A stretch of DNA of 32,000 nt from Pseudomonas aeruginosa (GTDB lineage: Bacteria; Pseudomonadota; Gammaproteobacteria; Pseudomonadales; Pseudomonadaceae): assembly GCF_001457615.1 (NCBI RefSeq), contig NZ_LN831024.1, positions 5,940,001 to 5,972,000 on the forward strand, in the 5' to 3' direction. The notes under the pieces are model-generated. The model made no database searches, was not told where the DNA came from, and saw only the letters and a program-made list of their open reading frames with translations. Shown here piece after piece: positions 30,339 through 32,000 of the stretch. How positions within the stretch are numbered: position 1 is the stretch's first letter; every line of letters starts with the position of its first letter. The translations under genes were made by a program, and so were the position numbers.

Positions 30339-31465
30339 GGACGGCCCTCCGTGGCCGGAGCCGCCTGCGCCTCGGGCACCAGGTTGCCGGCGGCCTCGCG
30401 GCGCGACACGTAGGACTGCAAGGCGCTCAGGGCCGGTGCGAGGTCAGGGACCTGCACGGTGACCGGCTGCTTCGCCAACTCATCGATACGCAACTTCAAC
30501 GCGCGGCTGTCGGCCAGCTCTACGTTGAAATAGCCGTCCAGCACGTCCTGGGCCTGCTTCAGCGCCTGCTCGTAGACTTCCTGCTTGCCATTCAGCGCCG
30601 CCCACTGGGCTTGCTCCAGGGCCAGGCCGATGGTCAGGCGCACCTGCGCCAATTGCTCGCCGGCCAGCAGCGGACGAATGTCCTGGCCGGCATTGAAGTC
30701 GATGCGGATGTAGCGCGAGATCTTCTCCCACCACAGCTCCCAGGTGCTGTTGCCGTCGCCCCAGGCGACATTGCTGGCACCGCTTTCGCCTTCCTTGAAG
30801 GTCGGCGTGAGCGGTTGCAACTGGTTGACCTGCTCGCGCAACGCCGCCAGTTGCACGAACAGCCCGGTACGGTCCGGCTCCGGCAACGCACGCAGGGCCT
30901 CGAGGCTGGCCGCCAGCTTGGCGCGGGCGGCATAGGCGCCGGGATCGTTCTGCGCGCGCAGGATGTCATCAGCGCCCTGCACCAGTTCGGTGGCGCTGCC
31001 CACGTCCTGCAAGGCGGACAGGCGCAGGCTGGCCAGGCGCAGCAGGTGTTCGGCCTCGGCCAGTCGCCATTGCTGGCGGCTCTGGCCGAGGACCTTCTTC
31101 AGTTGCTCGCTGAGATGCTGCTGGTCGCCCTGCAGCTCCACCACAAGGCGTCGCCGGGCCTCCAGTTCGTCCGCGGTAGGCAAAGCGTCCAGGCGGGCAG
31201 CCAGTTGCTGGTTACGCTGGGCCAGGGATTCGGTCTTGCCACGGGCATCTTCCAGCTGCGCCAGTTGGTCGCGCTCGGTGCCCTGCAACTGCTGGACCTG
31301 CCAGAAGCTCCAGCCACCCGCGCCGAGTCCCGCCACGCCAACCAGCAGGGCGAGCAACGCCAGGCCGGTGGCGGTACCGGAACGCCTGGATGCATCGGGT
31401 GCAACGGGAGAAGGGGTGGAAGTGGAAGTTCTTGCGTCGTCTTGGGGAGTGACTGCTTCGCTCAC
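30335..31465 (-). CDS. hemX: HemX-like membrane coiled-coil protein (often mis-annotated as uroporphyrinogen-III C-methyltransferase)
   Basis: The start is the GTG at 31465 with AGGA 9 nt upstream (MSEAVTPQDD...). The product has a low-complexity N-terminus, one TM helix (GLALLALLVGVAGLGAGGW) and a long Q/L/A-rich coiled coil. No methyltransferase motifs are visible. Confidence 0.85.
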   Translation of the reverse strand: MSEAVTPQDDARTSTSTPSPVAPDASRRSGTATGLALLALLVGVAGLGAGGWSFWQVQQLQGTERDQLAQLEDARGKTESLAQRNQQLAARLDALPTADELEARRRLVVELQGDQQHLSEQLKKVLGQSRQQWRLAEAEHLLRLASLRLSALQDVGSATELVQGADDILRAQNDPGAYAARAKLAASLEALRALPEPDRTGLFVQLAALREQVNQLQPLTPTFKEGESGASNVAWGDGNSTWELWWEKISRYIRIDFNAGQDIRPLLAGEQLAQVRLTIGLALEQAQWAALNGKQEVYEQALKQAQDVLDGYFNVELADSRALKLRIDELAKQPVTVQVPDLAPALSALQSYVSRREAAGNLVPEAQAAPATEGRP

Positions 31466-31491
31466 AGGTCCATCCTTTGGTCAAGAAAGTT

Positions 31492-32000
31492 CTAGGCGGC
31501 GCTCGTCAGGGCCGCCAGCAAGGCCGGCGCGCTCGCGCCCCGGCAATCAATCACCCGTTGCGCACCCAGTTCGCGCGCCATCTCGGCGACCCGCGGGCTG
31601 GGTACGAACAGCGGCAACCGGCCTATCTCGGGCCAATCGGCTGCCGCCAACTGATACAGATTTTGCAAACCCTGTCCACTGCTGACCACCAGGCCGTTCA
31701 GGCGTTCCGCCCGCACCCTTGCCAGCAGCTCTCCGGCCGGATAGTCCGGAGCCCGGCGCCGGTAGAGTGGCAGGTAGTCCACCTGCACGCCTTGGCCGCG
31801 CAGGCGCTCGGCGAGGAATTCTCGGCCACCTTCGCCGCGCATGATCAGCACTTTCGGATCGTGCACGCGCAGGGAATCCTGGAACGCCGGCAGCGCCAGC
31901 AACGCTTCGCTGTCGTCGCCCTGTTCAGGGTAGGTTACGTCGAGGCCGTAGGCCTCGAGGATCGCCGCGGTCGCCGCGCCGACGCTGCACCAGGTCTGCT
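31492..32000 (-). CDS. hemD: Uroporphyrinogen-III synthase, C-terminal part (5' end beyond window end)
   Basis: The frame stays open from the window edge (..QTWCSVGAATAAILEAYGLDVTYPEQGDDSEALLALPAFQD...VLIMRGEGGREFLAERLRGQGVQVDYLPLYRR...). The layout is HemD family, and the gene sits upstream of hemX-hemY as in other gammaproteobacteria. Confidence 0.9.
   Translation of the reverse strand, partial: QTWCSVGAATAAILEAYGLDVTYPEQGDDSEALLALPAFQDSLRVHDPKVLIMRGEGGREFLAERLRGQGVQVDYLPLYRRRAPDYPAGELLARVRAERLNGLVVSSGQGLQNLYQLAAADWPEIGRLPLFVPSPRVAEMARELGAQRVIDCRGASAPALLAALTSAA

Overview
Very GC-rich gammaproteobacterial chromosome. Gene order and several near-signature proteins identify it as Pseudomonas aeruginosa core genome: AlgP with KPAA repeats, AlgQ/Rsd, non-zinc HemB, a convergent PPX/PPK pair, GlpT, UbiD, Rho and TrxA. 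From memory this is the PAO1 PA5231-PA5259 interval, but locus tags cannot be verified here. I call 30 protein-coding genes (2 cut by the window edges), 9 terminator-type hairpins, one large in-frame tandem-repeat array inside algP, and a few regulatory candidates. Most of the long ORFs in the six-frame track are antisense or alternate-frame shadows typical of high-GC DNA; real genes were chosen by recognisable protein families, RBS-supported starts and normal amino-acid composition. I see no rRNA, tRNA, CRISPR, integrase, transposase, phage or obvious defence or toxin-antitoxin modules. This is an ordinary housekeeping region and I see no convincing evidence of a new multi-gene system. The leads worth a second look are: (1) the rho leader, which is C-rich and G-poor, lacks an SD, and carries a 41-codon uORF whose stop overlaps the rho ATG; (2) a 159-codon gene wedged between the ABC-F gene and algP; (3) an orphan FTR1 iron permease fused to a periplasmic c-type cytochrome; (4) a signal-peptide-bearing FliL paralog next to an HlyD/ABC pair; (5) the hierarchical 12-bp/75-bp algP repeat; (6) tight coupling of ubiD to a [2Fe-2S]-flavin reductase; (7) an ABC-F/MscS-like/TerC operon; (8) three convergent gene pairs with overlapping 3' ends.
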